The notes below the pieces were generated by a model. The model had not been told where the DNA came from, made no database searches, and saw nothing but the letters and a program-made list of their open reading frames with translations. A program made the position numbers and the translations under genes. From an uncultured Victivallales bacterium (lineage in GTDB: Bacteria; Verrucomicrobiota; Lentisphaeria; Oligosphaerales; JABHEG01): DNA of 64,000 nt. This document shows positions 9,327-18,600 of this stretch, piece by piece. Location: the NCBI GenBank assembly GCA_964607765.1, contig CAZSNT010000010.1, positions 27,049-91,048 on the forward strand, in the 5' to 3' direction. Each line of letters starts with the position of its first letter. The first letter of the stretch is position 1.

Positions 9327-11819
9327 CTATCCCCTCACAACATGCAACAGGGACTTGACGGTAACCTGCGGCAACGGCCTGGCGCTGGACAGCTCAATCG
9401 TCCGGGTCTCGCCGGGGATGAGATCGAAGTAGTTGTCACTCAGCGTGACATCCCGCAGCCGATCGAACGGGACTTCCACGACCACGAAGCGCGCGTAGTT
9501 CTCGGACGTGATCGTCAGAGCGGAGTCATCCAGCTCCCACGCGAGTTTCGGCGCCTCGAACGCGACGTCCTTGAACAGTTGCGGGAAGTAGTTTTCCGCA
9601 AGAACCTGCTCACCAACCGTCCATTCCATGCGCAGGAACTGATTCGGCTGCCTGGCCGTGCCGGGAGCGTAGGTCTTGACGGTCACAGCGCTGTTGGCCG
9701 GGCAGATGCCGTCGACGGTCTCTTCCCACTCAACGTTGCCGAAGATGTCCATGCAGCGGATCGTCACCGGGCCGGCGGCATCCGCCAACGTGTCGTTGAG
9801 CAGGTGCAGTGTGAACTCGTCGTGGACGCGTTTGATGGTGACGGCCAGGGGTGCGAAGAGCTTCTTCTCCATCCAGTAGGCGGGTTTGAGCGCGCCGTAG
9901 AAATCGACGTTCGCCCAGTTCGAGCACGGCCAGCACTCGTTGTACATCCAGAGCATGGCCCCGCTGTTGCCCCACTTGGTGGAGCGGTAGAACCCAAGCT
10001 CTTCGCGTACCATTTCCGCGTGCGCCATCATGGCGTTGCCGGTGAAGCTCTCGGCACTGTCGCACGGGCCGATGATCTCCTCGGCAGCAGTGAGCTGCGA
10101 GATGACGAAGCGCGGATGGACTTTCGGATTTGCCGGATGCCGCATGACGTGGAAGTCGACGACCTCGTTCGGCGGCCAGATATCGCTCTTGTCGAGGAAC
10201 TGCAGCTGCGACGGCAGCGGCGACGGGCCCTGCAGACAGATCTCGCCGTTGAACACGGTGCGCACCAGCTTCAGCCGATCCCGGTACGTGCCGTACCCGT
10301 CCGAGCCCGTCCGCGGCCACATGGACCAGTGCGTCTCGCCGGAAGTCTGGATCTGGCCGAAGTCGGACTTGCCGTGCGATGAGCCGGGGATGTAGGGGGT
10401 GAACGGCGAGAGATCGCCGACCACGCCGCGGTAGTAGTAGCGGGTCAGGCGCCGCCCCGGACGGTCCGGCGTGTAGCGGTGCGAGCTGGAGCTCTCGTTG
10501 CCGCCGCACCAGCAGGCAACCGCCGGGTGATTGCGCAGCCGTTTGACCTGGTACTCCGCCTCCTCGATGATGTTGCGCAGGAAGAACTCGTCATCGTCCG
10601 GCGGCTCGGCGCAGGCGTTGGTGAAGTCTTGCCAGACCATGACGCCGCGTCTGTCGCACTCCTCGTAGAACGCGTCCTTCTCGTAGATGCCGCCACCCCA
10701 GATACGCAGCATGTTGTAGTTGGCCTCCTGCGCGCGGCGGACCAGGTACTCGTAGGTGGTGTCCTCGATCACGCCGGGGAAGCAGTGGGCGGGCACCCAA
10801 TTCGCGCCCTTGATGAAGACGCGCTCGCCGTTCACCAGGAAGGTGAAGCTGATGCGGTCCGCCTCTATCTTCTTCTCCTCGATCGCGACCGAGCGGAAGC
10901 CGAAGGTCTTGGTCACGACATCCTGTTCGAGCCCCTCCTCGTCACGCAATGTGACGCGACACTGGTACAGCGGCTGCTCGCCCATGCCGTTCGGCCACCA
11001 CCACTCCGGGTCGTCCACCTGCAGACAGATGAAGTTGTGCACGCCGGTGATGGTGATCTGGTCGCTGGCCACCGCCTCGCCGTTGCGGGAGATCTCGGCA
11101 TGCAGTGTCCCAGTCGGGTAATAAGGCCGAACGTTGCTCAGTGGCACGCCTTTGGGTGCCTTGTCCCGGGGAAGCAGCGGCAGTTCAATGCGCACGCAGC
11201 AGTCACCGTCGAGCTGTGCCTCGACGAACACGTTCTCGATCTTCACCCCATCGGTTTCCTCGAGGAACACGTCCTGCCAGATCCCGAGCGCCAGCGCGTC
11301 AGGCGCCCAGTCCCAGCCGAATTGGCACTGCGCATGACGCACCAGCGATCGGCCCGGCGTGAACAGGCTCCAGTACTGTGGGTACTGCTCGTGCAGGTCT
11401 TCGACCATCTTGCGCGTCGGCGCAAACTCGACCTCGAGTCGGTTCGACCCGAGCTTGACCGAGCCGGTCACGTCGAACCGGAACGCCTTGAAGGCGTTGT
11501 CGCTCCTGCCGACCTCCGCGCCATTCACGTAGACGGTGGCGAACAGGTCCAGCCCGAGGAAGACCAGCTCGAGCTTGTTCTCCGGCAGGGCTGCCAGCGT
11601 GAAATCGCGCGCATACCACCAGGTCTTGCCTTCGACCCACTTGGCCTGTTTCAGGTTCTCGCGATAGAACAGATCCGTCGGCAGTTGCCCGGCTTTGCTC
11701 AGCGCAACCGTGACATCACCCGGTACGTCAGCGTCGTGCCATGTCCCTGCCGGCCGCTCCCCTGCCCCGTCGCTGCACGCGAGTTTCCACACGCCGTTCA
11801 GATCTGTCTGCTGTTTCAT
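9327..11819 (-). CDS. GH2 beta-mannosidase
   Basis: FGWDWAP, KGANWVPA, NMLRIWGGGIYE, VWQDF, WCGGNE and WMYNECWP motifs typical of GH2 beta-mannosidases; GGAGGA RBS. Confidence 0.9.
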   Translation of the reverse strand: MKQQTDLNGVWKLACSDGAGERPAGTWHDADVPGDVTVALSKAGQLPTDLFYRENLKQAKWVEGKTWWYARDFTLAALPENKLELVFLGLDLFATVYVNGAEVGRSDNAFKAFRFDVTGSVKLGSNRLEVEFAPTRKMVEDLHEQYPQYWSLFTPGRSLVRHAQCQFGWDWAPDALALGIWQDVFLEETDGVKIENVFVEAQLDGDCCVRIELPLLPRDKAPKGVPLSNVRPYYPTGTLHAEISRNGEAVASDQITITGVHNFICLQVDDPEWWWPNGMGEQPLYQCRVTLRDEEGLEQDVVTKTFGFRSVAIEEKKIEADRISFTFLVNGERVFIKGANWVPAHCFPGVIEDTTYEYLVRRAQEANYNMLRIWGGGIYEKDAFYEECDRRGVMVWQDFTNACAEPPDDDEFFLRNIIEEAEYQVKRLRNHPAVACWCGGNESSSSHRYTPDRPGRRLTRYYYRGVVGDLSPFTPYIPGSSHGKSDFGQIQTSGETHWSMWPRTGSDGYGTYRDRLKLVRTVFNGEICLQGPSPLPSQLQFLDKSDIWPPNEVVDFHVMRHPANPKVHPRFVISQLTAAEEIIGPCDSAESFTGNAMMAHAEMVREELGFYRSTKWGNSGAMLWMYNECWPCSNWANVDFYGALKPAYWMEKKLFAPLAVTIKRVHDEFTLHLLNDTLADAAGPVTIRCMDIFGNVEWEETVDGICPANSAVTVKTYAPGTARQPNQFLRMEWTVGEQVLAENYFPQLFKDVAFEAPKLAWELDDSALTITSENYARFVVVEVPFDRLRDVTLSDNYFDLIPGETRTIELSSARPLPQVTVKSLLHVVRG

Positions 11820-11900
11820 GATTCCTCCGCAAGGTCCTGGCGCATTCTTGGTGAGCCGCGGGATTGGGCCCGGTGTCGATCGTGAACCACAGAGCGGTTG

Positions 11901-12608
11901 TCACTCGGTTCCGCCCGTGAGCATGGGCACGAGTTCGGCGAGGGACCGGATCTCCACGTCGGGCTCGATGCCGGTGTCGTTTGTCGTTCCGTCGCGGTTC
12001 AGCCACACGGACGCAACGCCTGCGTTCTGTGCGCCCAGCACGTCGCTGCCAAGCTCATCGCCGACATGCAGCAGTTGCCCAGGTCGGCAATCCGCCTGTG
12101 AAAGCGCGATCTCGAACAGGCCCCTGTCCGGCTTCGCCACGCCGTGGTCTTCCGCAAACACAACGAACTGGAGCCAGCCGTCGATGTTGCAGAGAGCAGG
12201 CAGAGTGTTGCCGTTGGAGAGCAATCCAAGTGCAAACGTCGGCGACAGCGCCTCGAACACAGGCATCACGTCCGGAAAGAGCTCGACGGATGCGAATCGG
12301 CATGTGCGGTACAGGGAGTTGATCCGGGCAGCCAGCGCCTCATCGTCCACGCCGACTGACGCGAGCGTGCGCCGGAACGCTTCGGCGCGTAAATCCACCA
12401 GCCGCGCGCCACTCGCCTTCAGATCCGCTGCAGTGGCATCGCGGATACGGATCATGTCCTCGACAGTCAATGCGTCGACGTGCGGGCCGGTCACGTGCCG
12501 ACGGATTTCAGTCAGGGCGCAGGTGAGCGCGTGCCGCATCGCCTTCTCGAAGTCCCAGAGCGTCTGGTCGCCGTCGAAGGAGATCGCTTTGATGCTGCTG
12601 ACGTCCAT
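11901..12608 (-). CDS. HAD-superfamily hydrolase (subfamily IA, YigB/YjjG-like)
   Basis: Start re-called at MDVSSIKAISFDGDQTLWD (DxD motif I). LLSNGN, AKPD and VGDELGSDVLGA motifs II-IV. Confidence 0.87.
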   Translation of the reverse strand: MDVSSIKAISFDGDQTLWDFEKAMRHALTCALTEIRRHVTGPHVDALTVEDMIRIRDATAADLKASGARLVDLRAEAFRRTLASVGVDDEALAARINSLYRTCRFASVELFPDVMPVFEALSPTFALGLLSNGNTLPALCNIDGWLQFVVFAEDHGVAKPDRGLFEIALSQADCRPGQLLHVGDELGSDVLGAQNAGVASVWLNRDGTTNDTGIEPDVEIRSLAELVPMLTGGTE

Positions 12609-12622
12609 TGGAACCACCAAAC

Positions 12623-12718
12623 GGCGCGTATCGGGCCGGTCAGGGACGACCGGATCTCCAGCGCGTTGGACCAGATGGCGCGTATCGGGCCGGTCAGGGA
12701 CTATCGGATCTCCAGCGC
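12623..12718. repeat. Two ~42-bp REP-like direct repeats (period 54 bp)
   Basis: GGCGCGTATCGGGCCGGTCAGGGAC(GAC/TAT)CGGATCTCCAGCGC at 12623 and 12677; the first copy has an internal hairpin CCGGTC...GACCGG. Confidence 0.85.
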
Positions 12719-13914
12719 TACTGCGCGAGCACCGCGGCAATGGCCTCGCACAGGCGCTCGACATTCGCCCCTGTCATCCCGGCCACGTTGATGCGTCCGG
12801 ACCCCACAATGTAGATGGAGTGCTCGTTCCGCAGCGCGTCAACCTGTGCGGGGTTCAGCCCGGAGTAAGAGAACATGCCGTGCTGGCGCGTGATGAACGA
12901 GAAGTCCTGGCTCACGCCCTTCCGCGCGAGTGTCGCCACAAACTGCTGGCGCATGGTGTTGATCCGGTCCCGCATGGCAGCGACCTCGTCAATCCAGAGC
13001 GCACGCAACTCCGCGTCGTCGAGAATCCGTTTGACCACGTTGATCCCGTGGGCGGGCGGATTGGAGTAGTTTGCACGGATGCAGCGCTTGATGTGTCCCA
13101 GCGCTTTCTGGGCGGCATCGGCGTTGCCGGCAACGACCGTCAAGGCGCCGACGCGCTCGTTGTAGAGCCCGAAATTCTTGGAAAATGAGCTGGCCACGAG
13201 CATCTCGACGCCAGTCGCGGCGACTGCCCGGACACCTGTCGCGTCGGCGTCGATCCCCTCGCCGAACCCCTGGTAAGCGAAGTCGAAGAAAGGCAGGAAC
13301 CGCCTGTGCGCGACTAACGCGGCGATCTGCTCCCACTGCTCGTGGGTCGGGTCCATGCCGGTCGGGTTGTGGCAGCAGGCGTGCAGGAGCACGACATCAC
13401 CGGCGGGCACACGCGCCAGGTTCTCGATCATGTTGCCGAATGCCAGCGCGCGCCGTTTCTCGTCGTAGTACGGATAGGTGCACACCTCGACCCCGGCCGC
13501 GTTGAAGATGTTCTTGTGGTTGGCCCACGTCGGGTCGCTGACCCACACTTTGGCGCCGGGCAGGTGATTGTGGATGAAGTCAGCAGCGACGCGCAGCGCA
13601 CCCGTGCCGCCGGGAGTCTGCGCAGTCAAAGCCCGCTGCGCCGCGATGATCTCGTTCCCGTCCCCGAAGAGCAGCGGCTGCAGGCTCTCGCCCAGCCCCT
13701 CCAGGCCGGCGATACCCAGGTAGCTCTTGGTCTGCTGTTCCGCAAGCTCTATCGTCTCGGCGCGCTTGACCGAATCGAGAACAGGGGTCAGTCCGTTCGC
13801 GTCCTTGTAGATCCCGACGCCAAGATTGACTTTCTGGGGATTGGGGTCGCTCTTGAACGCTTCTGTCAGTCCAAGAATGGGATCTGCGGGAGCCTGGTCG
13901 AGCTGATCGAACAT
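12718..13914 (-). CDS. aspC: Aspartate/aromatic amino acid aminotransferase (class I, PLP)
   Basis: Start re-called at MFDQLDQAPADPILGL. QTPGGTGALR, LHACCHNPTG, FDFAYQGF, SFSKNFGLYNERVG (PLP lysine), GMFSY and GRINVAG motifs. Confidence 0.93.
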   Translation of the reverse strand: MFDQLDQAPADPILGLTEAFKSDPNPQKVNLGVGIYKDANGLTPVLDSVKRAETIELAEQQTKSYLGIAGLEGLGESLQPLLFGDGNEIIAAQRALTAQTPGGTGALRVAADFIHNHLPGAKVWVSDPTWANHKNIFNAAGVEVCTYPYYDEKRRALAFGNMIENLARVPAGDVVLLHACCHNPTGMDPTHEQWEQIAALVAHRRFLPFFDFAYQGFGEGIDADATGVRAVAATGVEMLVASSFSKNFGLYNERVGALTVVAGNADAAQKALGHIKRCIRANYSNPPAHGINVVKRILDDAELRALWIDEVAAMRDRINTMRQQFVATLARKGVSQDFSFITRQHGMFSYSGLNPAQVDALRNEHSIYIVGSGRINVAGMTGANVERLCEAIAAVLAQ

Positions 13915-13982
13915 CGTGCCTCTCCGTGAATCGGGAACGGTGGTTGGGGTGTGATACGAACACAAACCCGGACAAAGACTAT

Positions 13983-14011
13983 AATCTATAGGGTCGCGCG
14001 TGGCATGCCAA
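13983..14011 (-). promoter_or_regulatory. Putative sigma70 promoter of aspC
   Basis: Minus strand TTGGCA-N17-TAGATT, about 70 nt upstream of the aspC start. Confidence 0.45.
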
Positions 14012-14099
14012 GAGCGGGAACGCCGGATAAGCGGCGAGCGCGAGTGGGCCAAGCCGCCTCGGCCACACGCAGGAAGGGCAACGCGGGTCGTGTTGCGGG

Positions 14100-14217
14100 A
14101 CCAATCTCGCTCACCCACGGCACGAGGCCGTGGGGGTCGTTTTTGCCCCTCCTCTTGACCAATCTCGCTCACCCACGGCACGAGGCCGTGGGGGTCGTTT
14201 TTGCCCCTCCTCTTGAC
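14100..14217. repeat. Perfect 58-bp tandem duplication containing a REP-like hairpin
   Basis: ACCAATCTCGCTCACCCACGGCACGAGGCCGTGGGGGTCGTTTTTGCCCCTCCTCTTG x2; stem CCCACGGC-N5-GCCGTGGG. Confidence 0.92.
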
Positions 14218-14241
14218 GCCATTCCGCTCCAGGGGGATAAT
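14213..14241 (+). promoter_or_regulatory. Putative sigma70 promoter of ald
   Basis: TTGACG-N17-GATAAT, near consensus, 68 nt upstream of the ald ATG. Confidence 0.65.
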
Positions 14242-14308
14242 GTAAGCCCGTCGCTGACCCACCGTGCACTTGCCAGAACGAGCGGCATTGATACAGGGAG
14301 AGAGTCGG

Positions 14309-15397
14309 ATGATCATCGGTGTACCGACGGAAATCAAGGCGGACGAATACCGTGTGGCCATGGTGCCGAACGGGGTCGAAGAACTCGTGGGTGCGGGGCA
14401 TCGTGTGCTGATTCAGCAGGGCGCGGGCTCCGGCAGCGGGATCTGCGACAGCGAGTACGCCGAACACGACGCGGAACTGGTGGCAGGTGCGGAAGCGGTC
14501 TGGCGCGACGCCGAGTTGATCGTGAAGGTGAAAGAACCGCAGCCCGAGGAGATCGCACACATCAGGCCGGGCCAGGTCGTTTTCACGTACTTCCACCTGG
14601 CGGCCTCACGGGATCTGACCGAGAGTCTTGTGACAACGCAGGCATCGTGCGTGGCCTACGAAACGATCCGTGATACGGAGGGGCGTCTGCCGCTGCTGCA
14701 GCCAATGAGCGAGGTGGCGGGCAAGCTGGCCGTTCAGGAAGTGGCGAAGTATCTGGAGAAGCCCATGTCGGGGCGCGGCATGCTGCTGGGCGGCGTACCG
14801 GGCGTCGCGCCTGGCCACGTCCTCATCCTGGGCGGCGGCACGGTCGGAGCGATGGCAGCCCGGGTGGCGGCGGGGCTTGGCGCGAACGTGGCCCTGCTCG
14901 ACATTGATCTGTACCGGCTGCGACACCTTGCCGATGTCATGCCCAGCAACGTCACACTGCTGCACAGTAACCTGCACACGATCCGGGACCAACTCAGCCT
15001 GGCCGATGCGGTGATCGGCGCTGTGCTCATACCCGGCGCGAAGGCGCCGCGGCTGGTGTGGCACGATGATCTGAAGCGTATGAAGGAAGGTGCTGTGATC
15101 GTGGACGTGTGCGTGGACCAGGGCGGCTGTGTCGAGACAATCCGGCCCACCACACATCACGAGCCGACGTATGTGGTGGACGGGATCGTGCACTACGGCG
15201 TGACCAACATGCCGGGCGCGGTCGGGCGCACCAGCACGTTCGCCCTCACCAATGCCACGCTGCCCTATGTCCGCAATCTCGCCTGCCTGGGGCTCGACGA
15301 AGCGCTGGCGCGTGATCCCGGCTTCGCGATGGGGCTGAATGTCCATGCCGGCAGGATCACCTGCGACGCGGTTGCGGAGGCACTTGCGGGCACGTGA
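14309..15397 (+). CDS. ald: Alanine dehydrogenase
   Basis: MIIGVPTEIKADEYRV, VKVKEP, FTYFHLAA, LPLLQPMSEVAG, GGGTVG, VDQGGCVET and NMPGAV motifs. Confidence 0.95.
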   Translation: MIIGVPTEIKADEYRVAMVPNGVEELVGAGHRVLIQQGAGSGSGICDSEYAEHDAELVAGAEAVWRDAELIVKVKEPQPEEIAHIRPGQVVFTYFHLAASRDLTESLVTTQASCVAYETIRDTEGRLPLLQPMSEVAGKLAVQEVAKYLEKPMSGRGMLLGGVPGVAPGHVLILGGGTVGAMAARVAAGLGANVALLDIDLYRLRHLADVMPSNVTLLHSNLHTIRDQLSLADAVIGAVLIPGAKAPRLVWHDDLKRMKEGAVIVDVCVDQGGCVETIRPTTHHEPTYVVDGIVHYGVTNMPGAVGRTSTFALTNATLPYVRNLACLGLDEALARDPGFAMGLNVHAGRITCDAVAEALAGT

Positions 15398-15604
15398 CCT
15401 CGGATGAAGGGCTTGGAACAGCGATCCGTCAGATCGGCTGAGTTCCGAAGAGCAAACTCGACAGCAATCGGGTGCAATCGACAGCTGCCGCCCGCAATCG
15501 ACGCGGGCTCCAGCTGAGAGCACCGGACTCTCACACCCGGAGAACCACGTCATGCAGCTCCGCGCCGAACGATCGGAGCCGCACTGAACAGAAGGACAGA
15601 ACGC

Positions 15605-18600
15605 ATGATCACACCACGGACACGCACGCACGTCGCCCTTTGGCTGACTGCACTTCTCAGCATCTGCACAACAGCGCTGCACGCCGCGCCGCCCGGCCCC
15701 AAGGAGATCGCTGGGAAGGTCCTGGCGACAGCCGGAATCCCGGGCGGTGTGGTGTCGCATGTGGGCTGCGGCGACGGCGCCCTCACCGCAGCACTGCGTG
15801 TCAGCGACCGATTCCGCGTTCAGGGGCTGGACACGGATGTGGGGAACGTGAAGAGAGCCCGGGCGCACATCCGTGGGCTGGGGTTGTATGGGAAGGTATC
15901 GGTGGCGCGGTTCGGCGGGAAGAGACTGCCTTACACGGATAACCTGGTCAATCTCATTGTCTGCGCTGCGGAGTCTGCCCCGCCTCAGCAGGAGATGATG
16001 CGTGTGCTGGCGCCGGGCGGCTGCATCGTTTTCGTGTCGTTCGACGGCGACCAGCTCAAGACCGAGCGGCTCGCCAAACCGTGGCCTGCGGCGATTGACG
16101 AGTGGACGCACTTCCTGCACAGTCCGGACAACAACGCGGTGTGCAGGGACAGTGTGGTGGGTATCCCGCGCTCGTTCCAGTGGGTCTGCGGCCCACGTTG
16201 GGGCCGTAGTCACGAAGAGTTCGCCAGTATGAGCGCGGCGGTCACTGCCCGCGGGCGTATTTACTACATCGTGGACGAGGCCCCGCTGACCTTCATCCGC
16301 TTCGCAAGCGACTGGAAGCTGGTTGCGCGGGACGCGTTTAACGGGACCCTGTTGTGGAAGCGCGGCATATCGTCGTGGAACGACCACCTTCGCCATTTCC
16401 GGTCCGGCCCTGCGCACCTGCCGCGGCGGCTGGTAGCGGTTGGCAACACGGTCTACGTCACGCTGGGCTTCACAGAGCCGGTTACGGCGCTCGACGGCAT
16501 CACGGGCAAGACACTGCGCACATACAAAGGCACGGAACGGACTGAGGAGATCGTGGTCAACGACGGCGTGCTGTACGTGGTCGTCGGCACGTCCGAAGCA
16601 GAGCGACGTGGAGGCGGATTGCACCAGCGCGACGAACCTGAGCCTACCGGCATGCGCCAGATCATGGCGTTCCAGGCCGAGTCCGGCAGCCGGCTGTGGC
16701 GCAACGATGTCAGCAAAACAAACATCCTGCCCCTCACCATGGCTCTGCAGGGGAACAGGTTGTACTACCAGAGCCTGAGCCACATTGTCTGCCTGGGTTC
16801 GCGGACCGGCAAGCAGCTCTGGGCCACACCGCGTCAGACGCCGGCGCGGCGCATGGGCTTCTCGGCGCCGACACTGGTGGCTACTGACAGCGTCGTGCTG
16901 TGTGCCGACAGGGACGCGGGGAAGAAGGAGGAGGACGCGCCCTCGACAGGGATGCTCGTGTGGGGCGTGCATGGATGGAACGAGAAGGGCTTTGCACGCA
17001 AAGGCGCGTGCACACTCCGTGCCTACAACGCGGCTGACGGTGCGGAACTGTGGTCTGTTTCATGCCGGGAAGGGTACAACTCACCGGTCGACGTGTTTGT
17101 GGTGGGCAGCGTGGTGTGGGTCGGCCCGGACTTTCGCGGGTTCGACCTGAAGACGGGTGAGGCCGTGGCCAAGGTCAACACCAAGGCGCCGCGCGTCGGC
17201 ATGAGCCATGCCCGTTGCTACCGCAACAAGGCCTCGGAACAGTTCATTTTTACCTGCAAGTCCGGGATCGAGGTGCTTGGACTGGCGGAGAGGAAGTGGC
17301 TCAGCAACAACAGCTGGGTGCGGGGCACGTGCCAGTACGGCATTGTGCCGGCCAACGGCCTGATCTACGCGCCGCCGGATGCCTGTGCCTGTTTCCTGAC
17401 CGTGAAGGCGCCCGGCTTCTTTGCTGTTGCGCCGCAGCGCGGCGCGGACGGACGCATGCCGTTCCCTGCAGAGCCTGTGCTCGAGAAAGGCGTGAGCTAC
17501 GGTCAAGCCGCGGCCACCGCAGTGGCGAGTGCAACGGACTGGCCGACGTATCGCCATGGCCCGGCGCGCAGCGGCTTCGCGTCCTGTCCGCTTCCGGAAT
17601 TCCCGAGGCAACGCTGGTCGACAGCGCTCGGGGGCACGCTCACACAGGCCGCAATCGCGGGCGGCAAGGTATTCGTTGCCGGCGTGGACACGCACACGGT
17701 GCATGCGCTCTCAGCCGATGACGGCACCGTGCTCTGGCATCACACGGCAGGGGGTCGGATCGACAGCACGCCGAGCGTCCACAACGACACGCTCCTGTTC
17801 GGCTCGACCGACGGTTGGGTCACCTGCCTGAGTGTGGCCGACGGCGCCGTGCGCTGGCGTTTCCGGGCCGCGCCCGAACAGCGCCTGGTCAGCGTCTATG
17901 GGCAGTTGGAGTCCGCCTGGCCGGTGCACGGAGCGGTGCTGGTGCAAAACGACACGGCATACGTCACGGCGGGCAGGTCTACGTACCTGGACGGCGGGCT
18001 GGTGCTGTACCGACTGGATCCTGCGACCGGCAAACAGCTTTCCCGGACCATGCTCTACCACCTGAATCCGGAAACTGGCGAGCAGCTGGTCCCGGAGGCC
18101 AAGTTCAACATGGAAGGGACCACGTCCGACGTGTTGTCAGGCAACGGCGACCAGGTGTTCCTGAAGTACTTCACGTTTGACCGGAACGGGAAGCGTACCG
18201 AGACAAAGGAGCCGCGCTTGTTCGGGATCACCGGCTTCCTGGGCGAGGACTGGTTTGTCCGCTCCTACTGGATCATCGGCACGCAGATCGGGGCGGGCTG
18301 GGGCGGCTGGGCCAACGCGGCGAACACGTACGCATCCGGCCGCCTGCTGTGCTTCAACCAGGACATGGTCTACGGCTATGGGCGCCAGAAAGTAGCCGGC
18401 GGCCCGACCGGGCATCGCGCCGACGCCTACCACCTGTTCGGCATGCCGCGCAAAGCCGCCGCAGCGACAAAGGACAAGCGCGGCAAGAAACGTCCGTCAA
18501 GACCGATCCCGACCTGGTCGGATCGCAGTTCGCTCCTCGGCCGTGCCCTGGTTGCCGGTGACGCGTTGCTCGCCGTTGCCGGCCCGCCGGACGTGGGGCA

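Noticed and set aside
12623-14217. The 42-bp and 58-bp duplicated units as mini-CRISPR arrays
   Set aside because: Only two copies each, with a spacer of 12 bp or none, no leader, and no cas genes in the window.
5686-14361. ORF-track starts at 9237, 12764 and 14361 (also 4806, 20298, 36939, 40229, 47773, 53286)
   Set aside because: The extensions run through repeats, promoters or neighbouring genes. Downstream starts with an RBS, signal peptide or family-typical N-terminus fit better.
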